DNA of 64,000 nt from Monocercomonoides exilis PA203 (taxonomy: Eukaryota > Protista > Preaxostyla): positions 1,248,185-1,312,184 of the forward strand of contig LSRY02000027.1 of NCBI GenBank assembly GCA_001643675.2, given 5' to 3'. The position numbers were made by a program, and so were the translations under genes. The notes under the pieces are model-generated. The model was not told the DNA's origin. It saw nothing but the letters and a program-made list of their open reading frames with translations, and made no database searches. Shown in pieces: positions 13,190 to 25,899 of this stretch (within the stretch, counting starts at the first letter, position 1; each line of letters begins with the position of its first letter).

Positions 13190-16100
13190 ATGTCATTTTC
13201 CAATCCAAATTCAACATTATCATCTCGATGCAGCATTTTATGGAAAGAAATACAACGCATCGGTGGAGATGACGTTGATTCTTTGCTTGCCTATTTGTTT
13301 TACAATTATAGGCAATCGTCTTCTGTGATTAATGATTTACTGAAATCCTTGAATGGTATAGACTTCAAAATTTTTTGATTGTGAATAACTTATATTAATA
13401 TTTAATAATATTTATTTATTAATTTAACTTATTTTTTTGTTATTATGAAAACTTAGAATATTACGAAATACTTCTGAAAGATCTCTCAGTTGTGTACAAG
13501 CATGCACAATTGCACACGCAAACGATGATCCTACAAGCACTGACGCGCAACGCATCATTATCTGAGCTTCTGGACTATGGATTTGATATCACAGAAGGAA
13601 AATATAATTACGCCAAACAAACTCTCACAAGAAACCAAGGATTTTTAATTCCAGCACAATTGCCTCACCCACCATCATGCAAAAGTGGTTTGTATAAAAT
13701 TTTACAATAATTTCTTTTTTTTCTTCTTTAATATTTATTCATTATTTTTTTATTTTGTTTAGGTCTTAATGAACAAGATTGGGAAAAGGGCAACAATTGG
13801 ATGTTGGCCCATTCCACAGAAGCATCAACGTCATTGCAATCAGCCAAGAAAAAACCAAAAAGGGTTCCTGAATACGCGCAGTTCATAGATGAATCTGCAT
13901 GGGATGATATAATTATTACAGAAAAAAATAATTCAAGCAATGAACAATATTCTCCATCAAAAAAATCTCATCAACAAAATAAAAAATCAAATTCCATGTC
14001 AGAAAATAAATCCTCTTCATCAAAATCTTCTTCATCTCACGTGGTTAGTGATCCAATTAGCACACCACTTAGAGCTGAAAGAAGTTCAACAAAAATCAAA
14101 CAAAGAAATGCACTTCATCATCGTCATTCTTCTCCATCACCTATTCCAATTTATAAACTTTTCAAACAAAAAACTTCCATTTTATCTTCCTCATCTTCCT
14201 CTTCCTCTTCCTCTTCCTCTTCCTCTTCATCCAAAAAGCAACAAAAAGAAACAACAAACACTTCTTCCTTCAGCAACAATGATGTATGGGTTAGTGATCA
14301 ATTGCTTAATTATGTCACTTCTCCAACACTTATTCCTCCACAGGCATATCGAGATTTTCTGTCTTCATTTGCAAAAGACAGCAACACTTCTCTGTCTCCA
14401 CAAAAAACGCATTCAAATGAAAGTGATAATTCAAATCATGAAAGTCATTCGAATATCATTTCAAATAATAACACAATGGATCTTCATCCTTCAAATTGTT
14501 CTTTCTCTCCATCGACCTCTTCAAGCATCAAAGCCACTGCAATCGCCTCATCAAAAACTCAGAAAGGATTAAAAAACCTTGGAAACACTTGCTATCTTGC
14601 CTCTCTCCTTCAATGCATATCTTCAATCACTTCACAAAAACAATCAATTATTGAAACCATTTCATTAAAAAACAATTTATCTTCTCGAGTATTGAGTGTT
14701 TGTCAACAATTGGCAAAAGATGGAATGGCAGTGCGTTCATGGTCCCCATCGCTGATCAACAAATGGGAGACATTTTGCGAATACGGAAGCAGGCAACAAC
14801 AGAATGTGATAGAGTCATTTGAAAATCTTCATCAACTTCTGCAAAATGACAAGATAATTAAAAAGGACACCTTCAATCCAGTGCTCATCACTCATTTCAA
14901 ATGTCAAAAATGTCAAAAAGTTTCAAATCATTTTAATGAATCTTGTTGCAATGTTATCATAAATTCATCCTCTCCTCAAAAAGGTCTATCTTCTATCTTT
15001 TCAACTGAGATATTGAACGGAAAAAATGCTGTCTATTGCAACGATTGCAAAGAGAAATGCTGTGCTGCGAGATGGGAGGAAATGGTTGCATTTCCAGAGG
15101 TTCTAGCCCTCTGTCATGAATGCACTGGCACAACAAGCTCTGCACCTTCAAGAATACTTATGATTGAAACTGATCGTGCCAACAAGCGCACATTTATCAA
15201 AGGGTTTATAAACGAAAAAGAAACTCCGCTTCAATCAAAAAACAAAGAAATAGTAATCTATCATCTTGCTGGACAAATAATCTACAAACGCTTGGATCAG
15301 AGCAATGGCCACTTCATTGCTGTTGTGAAAAAAAAGAGTGATATTTGCAGTTGTTGGAGAATTTGCAACGATGCTGATGTCAATGATTTTGATAGTGACA
15401 ATTGGATAAAGTCCTGGAATAATCTATATGCCCAGGGTTTTACTCCTTGCCTAACATTCTACACAAAAGAAAAAACAAAACCGACATTTTCAACGCTTCA
15501 ATTTGGTGGTGCTTTTTCTTCTTCAAAAGCATCGAATATAAACACTTCAAATAACAGATCGTCTTCATCGTTATCATCAACATCACCTTCACCATCCTCA
15601 TCACCATCCTCATCCTCATCATCATCATCTCTTTCTTCTTCTTCGTCGTCGTTGTCGTCGTCTGTCACACCACCTCATTGTGCAACTTCCATTCCTCCAC
15701 TCTCTTCTTCAATTTCAACAAGTTATGGATTGGAAGCCTTAAAGGAAAGAAGAAAGAAAACGGGCATCTTTTCTCCCAATGAAAAGAGATTAATCTTCAA
15801 GCCCAAGACTAAATTATGGAAAGAGTTTTCAGAAGAAACGAATATCACAGTTTCTCTTTCCCATTTCTACAAACTCACCACCAATTTCTCCAAAGCGAAA
15901 AGACGAACGGATCTCTGCGGCATGTGTGAGAAGTTGGACTATCTCGAGAACAAACTTAAATCTTCTCAAAACAAAAATGGACTTTCTTCTGCCGAGTTTC
16001 ACACACTCAAACTTCTTCGTCAACATCGTCTTGTTGCAGAAATGCAACGAAAACATTATCAATCAACTGTCGACAATCTGAAAGAGGGAGAAGCAGCCTT

Positions 16101-17025
16101 CGTCTTCGACTTCAAAGAAAAATGGAAACTCCCCATCAGAAAGAACCAACTTCAACAAGAATTCTTCAATTATCAACAGGTTTCTCAATTCACAATCATC
16201 TCTCTTCAAAAAATAAATAATCAACAAATAAAAAGAACTTTCAACTTCTTCTCTGACTGCCTTTCAAATGATCACAGATTTGTTATTGAGTGTCTGGAAT
16301 CTGTGATCAAAAGGCACTTCTTCTCAGACACTCACACTTTTAAGTTCTTCTGCGATTCGGGTCCTCATAACCGAAATCGCTTCCTTCTTCACTTCATCCT
16401 TTCAAAACAATCAAAACTTCTTAAAAAGAAAAATACTCAACTCAACTTCTTCGCTGAGCATCATGGAAAAAATATATGTGATAGTGAATTTGGTGCGCTA
16501 GTGAATGCAATCGACAACAATCTTTCGACAGAACACATCACCACACTTCATGACTTGATCAACTTCTTCGAAAACAATATGAACACTTCAACATCAGCTT
16601 CTTCAACTTCTCGATCAAACATTTTCTCAACATCATCATCAAACTCTTCACCATCTTCAACATCTGTCAATAAGTTTGAGCATGAGAGGTTCTTTGAAGA
16701 GTACGTACCATCTCAGCAAATTTCATGGCCATCATTGTCAGTTCCACACATGAAAGATTACTTGTATTTTGAGCGCAAGGGCTCATTTGTCTGTGCTTCA
16801 GCTGTTGGATATCTTCCTCAACGCTCTCTGGTTGCCCTCGAATCTTCGACAATGAAAGAAAAAGTCCAAAGATCAAGAAAGTCATTTCACTCTGATATCA
16901 CATCATCAAACTCTTCTCTTCTTTCTCAATCTTCTCAAGATCTTCTTTCAAGGAGATTTGAGCTTCTTCTTGACTCTTCTTCTATTTGTGAATCTCAAAA
17001 TTGTTCTTTTGGTGTCCCCTATTAA
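13190..17025 (+). CDS. Sola-like (Sola2-type motifs) DDD transposase with in-frame USP/C19 deubiquitinase domain; 3 exons 13190-13355, 13457-13687, 13763-17025 (~1219 aa)
   Basis: Both GT-AG introns are phase 1 and keep the frame. Transposase motifs: ILQAL..SLSELLDYGF, VSLSHFYK..KRRTDLCGMC..H, DFKEKW (D 16108), SDCLSNDH, FFCDSGPHNRN (D 16354), NFFAEHHGKNICDSEFG (D 16480). USP ~14560-15470: GLKNLGNTCY (Cys 14590), CQKC/CNDC, GHF (His 15310), CNDADV. Confidence 0.85.
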
Positions 17026-17031
17026 GAAACT

Positions 17032-17166
17032 AGTTGTTGTGTATGCTTAGCTGGCACTCTATCGGAAGGGTGCTGGACATGACTGTTCGTATAAGATACT
17101 ACAGCCTTCTGGCTGCAATATCCGGACCTGGATACGACGAACAGCCTCCCAGGTGCTCAACAGTTA
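17032..17166 (+). ncRNA. Putative structured RNA element, copy 1 (unknown family), immediately 3' of the transposase stop
   Basis: Closing stem GTTGTTG-T-GTAT/GTGC-T-CAACAGT, then GCTTA, hairpin GGCACTC/GGGTGCT, GGACAT, stem CTGTTCGT/ACGAACAG, an inner hairpin, and a pseudoknot-like ACCTGG/CCAGGT pairing. Homologous to 55894-56052. Strand is inferred from G-U pairs and is not certain. Confidence 0.55.
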
Positions 17167-17821
17167 GAATCCGATTGTTTTCTTGTGCTTTTTGTCCCTA
17201 TAATGTCCCTATTATTTAATTGGTTATTGTCCCTATTATTTTTGTATATATTGAGATTCATTAATAGAGAGAGTTGTGAGGGAATTCATTGATCTTTGGG
17301 TAAGGTTTTTGGAAGGGAGAGTTGACGAGAGTGTGAAATGTTGTTTTATCATTGTGTCTGTCTTTTTTCTTTGTTGGATTTGATCTTTTTGAGTCAAAGT
17401 GAGAGAAATATCAGAAAGGGGAGAGTGGATGGAAAACAGAGGGAAAATAGACAAGTTAGTTTTTGAACTTTTTATATAAGTATTCTTTTTTGTTTGGAAT
17501 TGTCTTTGATACCACGTATTTGTTGAAATAGTGCTATTTCTTCTTATATTTTTCATTGTTCAAAATTGTTGATATTTAGTTGATATTTGGTGATTGTTTT
17601 GAGATTATGTGATAGAATTATGTTTTTTTGAAAGTTATTGAATCTGATTTGAAATATTCTAATTGTTTTCTATTTTTTATCAATGATTAATATCGTGAAG
17701 TTCTATTTATTTATTTATTTATGTAATTTTGATTGGTGAACGATTGATTATTTTTTTCATTTCATCAAAATTTCAATTCACAATAAATATCCAGCTTGTC
17801 TTAAATGAAAATTACAATTAA

Positions 17822-18320
17822 AAACAAAAATGTGAAAATGTACTCACTAGCAAAATAAATATTTAAAAGTGTGTTTTACATTGCATTTATTAATTTCACA
17901 ATAACATAAAAATTTTTTTTGTTTGAACAAAAAACCCCAAAGCTAAATTCAACAAAAAATAATGTATCAACTCATGATCATAGAACAGATTCCAACACCT
18001 GCTTTTTTTGCTACTAATAGTTTATTTACATAATAGTCAATCGTTCCGAACAAAAAAATTTGCGTCTTAGAATCTGCATCTTTGGATCAAAAATGTTACC
18101 ATAATAAAAGTGAAAATTTCGGAAAACTTGAATGCATTCATTTTGAATTTGTTGATTGCTGCCTTATCATCACAGCTAAAAGAAGCACAAGGAAATGATA
18201 GTCATTTTCGGAAGCAGCAAAGAAAAGAGGCAGTCATGCAGATAATTTATCAATATCAACCGAATAAAAGAAAGATAGTTCACACTTTAAGAAATGCGTC
18301 AAGCATGATTCTTCTTTTTC

Positions 18321-18352
<32 letters not shown>

Positions 18353-21300
18353 TTTCTTCTTCTTCCTATTCCTCACTTTCACCTCATTCACAAACCACAT
18401 CAACAATTTTTTCAATTTCTTTCAAAGTCCCTTCTCGTTTTACTTATTCAAAAGCTTCAACATCTTCTTTTTTTCTTCTGCAAATACATATATCTTCTCT
18501 TGATATTTATTAAACCACATAGAAGTTCAGTTATTGTCCCAGCCTATTTTCACCACAGACAGCGATGCGCTTGTTGAAGCACTGCCCGTTCAGCAGTGGC
18601 AATCTCTTTCAATTGTTACACCTTTTATAATGCTGAAGAAGCTGAAATTTCAACACATGCCACTCACCTACAGAATATAATTGGAGCAGAACATTTTCAT
18701 TCGAAGACAAGAACAACTGAAGAAAGTGAGAAAATAGAATTTTTGTTGGAGGAGAAGGAAAAAAAAAGCGCTTTGATCATATGAAGACAGATACTGAGTG
18801 CCTTTGCGAGATGGAAGAAGACAAAAACTACGAAGAAGTGATGATTAAGCGGCTGATTATTCGGAAGATGAAACAGCTGTAGAAGAAGAAGAAGATGTTG
18901 GAAAAACAAGATGAGAAGAAAAAGAACGATATCAAAAAGAAAAAAGGATGAGAATAAAATGTCAAGCCTATGTCGATCGGGTCGATTGGATAGAATAAGA
19001 TTTACAAGATGACGAAGAAACTCAAATTGTGCTGAAGATTAAAGAAGAGCAAATGAAGAAGATGGCTTTTACACCATTTATTTTAAAGGTTTTTTCATTT
19101 TTCATTTTTCATTTTTCATTTTTCATTTTTCATTTTTCATTTTTCATTTTTCATTTTTCATTTTTCATTTTTTATTTTTTATTTTTCATTTTTTGATATT
19201 TGGCAAAAGCGAAGACTCATTTTGGAATAAAGTGTTTGTTAAAGATGGACAATCCGAATCCCGTAACAGGACATATACGCTCACCTCAATCCTTTCCAAA
19301 GTTGCTGATAAAACCTTTTGATAGATTTTCTTCTTTGTCTGATTTGAACAATAATTCATCAACATCAAAATCGTGGTTTAGAATCTCCTTTTCTTCTGGT
19401 TTCCTCTTCACAACAGAGAACCACAGATTAATTTGGGTTCCATTTTATTTGTTGCCTCTTTTTCTTGAACGAGCTAGGGAACAGCTATGAAGAGGAAGGG
19501 AGAGAGCTGGAACATGTCGCAGTGAAGAGCACATATACTGTTGAGAATTCATGTGGAGGTGCTGGGGAGCTAACTGTCGACTTCCTTGAGCAAGGAGATG
19601 AAGAGCAAGTTGGCGTTTGGGCAGATGATGAAGCTGCCAGCGGAGGGAACATTCGGGATGGCGAGGTTGTTGTTGATGATCTTGCAGTGTTTGATAACCT
19701 CACCTCTGACTGTTGTGGAAAGTTCGTGCAGCTGGATTGCTCAAGGAATAAATCAACGAGATATGCCATTCGAAGACATTTTCAGGTGAACAAGAACATA
19801 GCAAAATGGTATCTTATTTTGACGATAGGTCTCTTTCATCTATTGAGTGTTTTTCAAATGCCGTTGAATAGCGATGCGGAGCACAGTTGTATTCAAAAGG
19901 GATGAGGGAGTCCCCCTTTAAACAATGGTGCAGTTGGCGAGATACACTGAAGAATTTCTGCAGTTTTTAATCGATCAAGTAACTACCGAGCTGGTCGAGC
20001 GATATGGAAGTGAAGATGGAGTTTATTATGCTGCAGGAGCTTTCAGATTGATTTGGTTTTAAGGAAAAAGAAGGAAAAATCTATCATTTTCTATGGAGAG
20101 ATCTGTCGTAATAGTTATTCAATGAAGCTCCTGGGAGATATAGCCGAATGCAAACATGGCTGAAACAGCATTTGAAGCGGAGAGCCGATGTGCTAAAGAT
20201 TAACGCCTGGATTCCTGAAAGTTCGAAGAGCAGACTGAAAGGGGCAGATTTCCCATGTGAGCAAAATATCCAATCGGGATGAGGTGAGTGTGCTAGTTGG
20301 CTTGAGAAAAGATGGAGGAGGACGCAGCAAGGGATCCGTCGAGGAGGGAGAAGACGGAAGAGTTGACAGATGCGAAGGAGGAATAGAAGGAAAAGTTGCA
20401 GCTGATGAGAAGCGAAATAGCTATGAATAGATGGTAAAATTAATGGAGAGCAGACTCCCCAAGACGGACTTGACTAGGATGCCAGCAAGGGAAGTTGGGA
20501 TATGGAAGGAGGCGGAGGAGCAGATTCAGAAGGTGTTTCCGATAGAGCAGCAGATGTATAGAACAGCTGTGGAGATGGAGGAGCAGGGGGCAAGTGGGGA
20601 GCGTCTTCTTTGATTAATGAATAATCGGGTAGTACGATCGAAGGTGATGATTGAGAAGAGGTTGAAGAAGAGGCATAGGCAGGGATGGGAGTAATCGAGG
20701 CAGTAGAAACGGGAGTTTGGAGAGAGAGAAAGAAAGAGAAAGAGAAAGAGAGAGGATTAGTTGAAGTCGAGTGAAAAGAGGGATTCGTTATTTAGGATGG
20801 GATGTTTAAGCTATGCAGAAATGAGTGTATCCGGAATTAGAGACGAGGGAGCAACACTCAAAATACATGCTCACTTCTTCATCCTCCGCCTTAGCTTATT
20901 CAATTGTTGTTTAAAGTTTCTGAATGGAAAATATTGTGATCGACGAAAGGCCAGTGGCGGAGTGGGAAGATGACTGGATGAATGACAAAATGTGGAAGAA
21001 AGCAGAAAGGAGCAGGGGAAATGAAGAGGATGAAAAAGAAGAAGAAAGAAGAAAAATAAAGAAGAGGAAGAGGAGAAGGATAAGCAGAAGAAATGAATGG
21101 AATAGTCTGACTGAGAATTTTTAATTAATGAGTGGAGAATAGTATGTTTTGTGTTGCTGTTTTTGTTGTTGAAGAAAATGTTGCTTGATGAGCAAAGAAG
21201 AAATCGGAGTTTCAGTATTGTTGTTTGATGCCACAAGAATTCTATTTAAAACAATTGATGAATTTCAAAAAAAGAAGGGTTTATTCTTGAAATATCAGAA

Positions 21301-23005
21301 TTTAAAGAAGAATATTCGTTTGAAATTGAGAAATCGCCAAATGGACAAGAAGAGAAAGGAGTAGATGACGAACAGGAAGAGACAATGAGGGGTGGAGGAA
21401 AGCGGATAGTCAGAGAGAGAAGAGCGCTGAGAGCTGGAAATATTTGGTTATTTGTGTATATATGATTAAATTGGAGAAACACTCTGGAGATGATGGGAGT
21501 CAAATGAAAAAGAAGTTGAAGAGAAGGAAGAGGTTTATATTAAAGAAGAAGATCTTAGCCTATTCGGATATATATGTTAAAAAGAAGGATTAAAATGAAG
21601 ATATGAAGTGCCAGACGAGAAAGAAGAAGAAGCAAAGGAAGATTCCGAAGCAGAGAAGATGAAGAAGATAAGGAATAGGAAGATGAAAGGAGTGGATATT
21701 CTGTGAAGAGGATAAAGACAGATGAACAGCAGCAACAGCTGCAGCACCAGAAGAAGAAGAAGAAGGTAAATACATCAAAGAAGAAATTACCGATAGGTCA
21801 TTGAGGGAAATTTGTCAGACTACAAAGGCTTGGAATTAAACTGGAGTTGTTTATGAGTACTCACGAACGAAAGAGAAGATGAGGGAGGTGTTGAAGGAGA
21901 TGCTTCTGAGAAGGACATACGCAGAGAACGCTCATTTTCTTGGAGGCAATACAGCTCTCTCTTGCTTATTGAGTATGATTGAAGGATGAGAGTGAATTAT
22001 GAGGTTTCTGGACTTTTTATGCTTTCAGTTGCTGCTGATTATACACAAATCTCTTTTTGTTTATCTCTGTTCTCTTGTAATAGTGCTTTCCAGCTTCGTT
22101 CGGGTTGAGGATTGTCGCAGAAGGCGGATTTAGTGTGGCTGCTTGAATTAAAAAGGAGCAGTTGCAATTAGATGATCTGTATTGATCGCTGGAAAGTTGG
22201 CTGGTTCTGCATTGGATGCTACATGATTTATTGAGATGTGCGAATTATTAGAAAGAGAGATATTTCATTCTGGAAATTCGAGAAGAGGAGAGGAGATGAT
22301 TGAGGAAGATGACGTGGAGAAGGAAAAAGAAGATGAAGAAAACAAAGATAAAGTTTCATGAGAAAAATAAAAATAAGGAAAGAAGGAAAGAAGAAGACAA
22401 ATTTTTCATTCATCTTCATCACTTTCTTCTTTATCCTCTGCTTTATTATCCTCTTTTTCATTTGCCATATCGCCACTTATGGTTCAATGGTCTTCTCCTT
22501 CCTCCTCCTTCTCTCCCTCCCTGCTAACATTTTCTGTTTATTCCAATGCATCTCCTTTATCCAAAACATCTTCAATAAGCATTCTACATGTAATTTGTTC
22601 TCATATACTGTTCTTATATCTCTTCCCTCATTCCACTTTAATCCCTATTGTTATTTTTCAGTTAATTGTGCTTGAGTAATTTGTGTCATCATAATTGCAG
22701 AGTCAATCACGATTAACACCTTTTTCTCAACATTCCTTTGATGCTTCTTCTTCTTCTTCTTCCTCTTCTTCCACTTCCTCTTCTTCTTCTTCTTCATCTT
22801 TCTCCTCTTTCTCCTCTTTCTCCTCTTCTTCTTCTTCTTCTTCTTCTTCTTCTTCTTCTTCTTCTTCTTCTTCCTATTCCTTTTCTTCTTCTTCTACCTT
22901 TTCCTCATCTTCTTTTATCTCATTATCATCATCTTCTTTTTCTTCTTCTTCTTCTTTTTCTTCCTCTTCTCCTCCTCCTCCTCCTCCTTCTTCTTCTTCT
23001 TCAAA
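17822..23005. repeat. Right arm of large inverted repeat (partner 131-5605)
   Basis: Reverse complement of the left arm; differs mainly in the number of GAA-rich units at the outer end. Confidence 0.95.
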
Positions 23006-23299
23006 TGGAAAGTTTTCCTCTTCATTTTCTTTTTCATTATCTTTTCCTTGTTCTCCTTCTTTTTCTTCCATCCTCTTCTTCCCTCTCCCTCAACATTCCA
23101 CATTCTTTTATCTTTTTCCTCTACGCTCTTTCCTCTACCTCTGTGACTTTCTTCGCATTCAGCTGGTCTTTGATGGCTTGTTCGAAAATGATCTTTTCCT
23201 GCATAGCCCTCATCTTTGTTGTTTCAAACTATTTTTCTTTCTTATTCCTCAGCTGCTCTGCCTCGTATGCTGCTTCTCGCTCCTGAAGAGAGAAGAGAG

Positions 23300-24650
23300 A
23301 GAGAGTCGACGGCAGAAAAGCGAAAGGAGAAAGATGCACAGGAGGAGGACGATGTGAAGAAGAAGAAAAAGTGAAATTGCTCAGAAGATTGAGAAGCACT
23401 ACGTTACAAATTGCAATGACGAGATCTATGGAAATGAGATGCTCGACAGAGTCACTGGAGTCAGCATTGAACACAAAGATGGGAGAGGCAACGCCGAGTG
23501 TGGATAGTTTGATGTGGGAGAGTTTGAAGAATAAAGCGGGGAGAACGCAGAAGCAAGAAGCTGAGGTTGACATAAAAATGGTGGAAAAATAGAGGGAGGA
23601 GTGCACATCGAGAAATAATTCAAAACGGTATAAGAACGAGGAACAGGTTGATTAAAACAATAGATGTTAGGAGATAGCAGTTAATGAATATGCAATCGTT
23701 GAGAAACACAGTAATAGCAAGAAAATGTTGACAAAAGGATCTCAAACAAGAATTGCAGGGACAAAATAGACTTCAGGTGGAAGCCTAATGGTGGAAAGGT
23801 TTTAGAAAGAGGAATCGTTGGAGGATGAAGAGTGAGAAGAAGTGGAGAAGATTGGATACGATGAAGAAGCTGAAACAGAAGAAGTCGGAATCTCTGATGG
23901 GGGTTTTGTGGAGAGAGAGCGTTGAGTGAAATCGAGTGAAAAAAGAAATTCGTTGATTTTGAAGCGAATCCTGGAAAACTAGAGAAAGACATATTTGCTG
24001 ACAAAAGCATCACTCAAGGCGAAGCGGTGGTTGAGGATAGAGAAAGAGGAATGGAAGGAACATTTGCAAGTTTGGAGCAATCGAGACAAACAGTCGCAAT
24101 TTCTTGTTGTTAAGGCACACAATTGCAGCTTCAATTGCGTCAGAATAGTAGACTGCAAATCCTCTATCAGCATTCACACGGGCATTGGCCCGTTGTATGT
24201 GTATTTAACGTTGTGGATGTTAGCATTGTCCAGAGCGATGGCTGTTCTGGGGTGTGTGACAAGTTAAAACGAAGCAGCGGAGCTAGCCAAAGCAAATGAG
24301 CAGAAGGCAACGAGTGCAGTGACAGAATTCATAGAGAACTGGAGAGAGAGGGATGAGAGTGTTGAGGAAGTGGATGGAGCAGTTATCTGGAGAAAGTGTA
24401 GCGAAAAGAAAACAGTGATGTTTATGCAGTGATAAAGAGATGTATGCCTTTTTGATGAGTCAGCTGTAGTTTGAGCAGTTTTCGTAAGCAGATTATATCT
24501 CGAAAAATAGCAGCCTGCAAAACCAGGCAACTTAGGAGACAGATATCAGGATAAAGGATGAGAGACGAGGAAGAAAAAAGGAGAATAAAAGAAGCACAGA
24601 TGATTTAAAGATGAGAAAGATGAAACGAGGATATCCGTGCTGTTGAAGCC
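23300..24650 (+). pseudogene. Decayed coding sequence, unknown product
   Basis: Purine-rich coding-like composition broken into short ORFs. Confidence 0.3.
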
Positions 24651-25352
24651 ATAAAAGAAAAAAAAAGTAGAAATTTTTGAATTTCATTTTATTTATTCAT
24701 TATTTCATTGCATTTTTTTTAACTTTGTTTTATCAATTTATTTAAATGACTTTTTTAAAGTATTATTTATTTCCAAGCTAATGTCAACTACAAATTGTTG
24801 AATATCTGATAAATATCTTGTTATGCTATCATATTTTTCTATCTGTGTTAATGTGAATTGTTAAATTTCAACGAATATTTTATGATCTTCTATTTCAATT
24901 TTAAAATTTCTTTGCAATAACATCATAAAATTTATATTTACATAAAAAATAAATTTATTGAGTGTTATTAATTATTGTTTTCATGTTATATTAGCGATTA
25001 AGCAAGTATCTTGTTCGATTTATTTTAGTTTCGATATTTTCAAAAATTTTTTAATGTTTTTTTTCAAATTTTGTAATAAAAGCTATAAAAATCAAGTTAA
25101 AATCAACATATAAATAATAGTTATTATTAATTAAACTTTAATTTCATGTTATTTCAAATAAAAATTTTCTTATTAACTCCAACCTTAATGAAAATTTTTT
25201 ATGATCAAACGTCGAAATTTTTTATGATATCAAAAAAAATCACCCATGTTCAAATTGTCACATTTTCATCTGCTTTGGCTTCATCTATTGTTTCTTTGAG
25301 ATTTTGTCAACAAGTTCATAAAGTTTTTTATTTTTTATTTTTTTTTTCATTT

Positions 25353-25609
25353 GTGTGATTATTTTTGAAATCATATATTTTTTCGGGGTGTTGATTTTTC
25401 AAAGATTGTTTGTTATTGAATAGAGAATTTGAATTTTTATGAAAAATTCCATCAAAACCATATTAAACACAAATGTTTAAACTATAACAATAAAGAAAAT
25501 ATTTTTTGTTAAATTTTTAAATTTTTAGTGTTTTGTTGTTAATATTTTTGGAAATTTTTCGAATCGAATTTTTTGAATGAAATAATATTTTATTCAAAAA
25601 TAATCAACC
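25353..25609. mobile_element. Sola-type MITE (degenerate), ATTT TSD
   Basis: attt|GTGTGATTATTTTTGAAATCATAT...TTCAAAAATAATCAACC|attt; 257 bp. Confidence 0.65.
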
Positions 25610-25899
25610 ATTTATTTATTTAGATTAATTTTTAATTTTTTTTTAATTTTTTTATTTTTTTTCTAATGAGAAAAGTTTTTCTTTTTTTTTGATGTTTTCT
25701 TTTCTTTACTTTAATTTTTATTTTGAAAATTTAAATTTTAAAACACTTCAATAGAATAATAAAAAATTAGCGATTGAGAAAATATTAATTTCCACATGTA
25801 TCGAAACATAATAAACTCGATGAATGAAGGGAAAATGTTTTCTATTTTGAATAATAATTTTCGATGTTGAATTAAAGTTTTTCGATCAAGAAAACTTTT

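Noticed and set aside
17032-17166. Known ribozyme or riboswitch identity (hammerhead, HDV-like, twister, pistol, group I/GIR1 core, SECIS, IscB omega RNA)
   Set aside because: There is no CUGANGA/GAAA core. An HDV-like reading on the minus strand lacks room for P3/L3, and its CGAA is missing in copy 2. There is no P4-P6 domain for a group I intron. Other resemblances are short and not shared by both copies.
131-23005. Polinton/Maverick or virophage with long TIRs
   Set aside because: No pPolB, retroviral-type integrase, packaging ATPase or capsid ORF; no 6-bp TSD or AG-repeat ends.
700-24650. Alternative genetic code (TAA/TAG=Gln, as in some oxymonads) explaining the broken ORFs
   Set aside because: Breaks include TGA and frameshifts, while the kinesin and transposase read through more than 1000 codons in the standard code.
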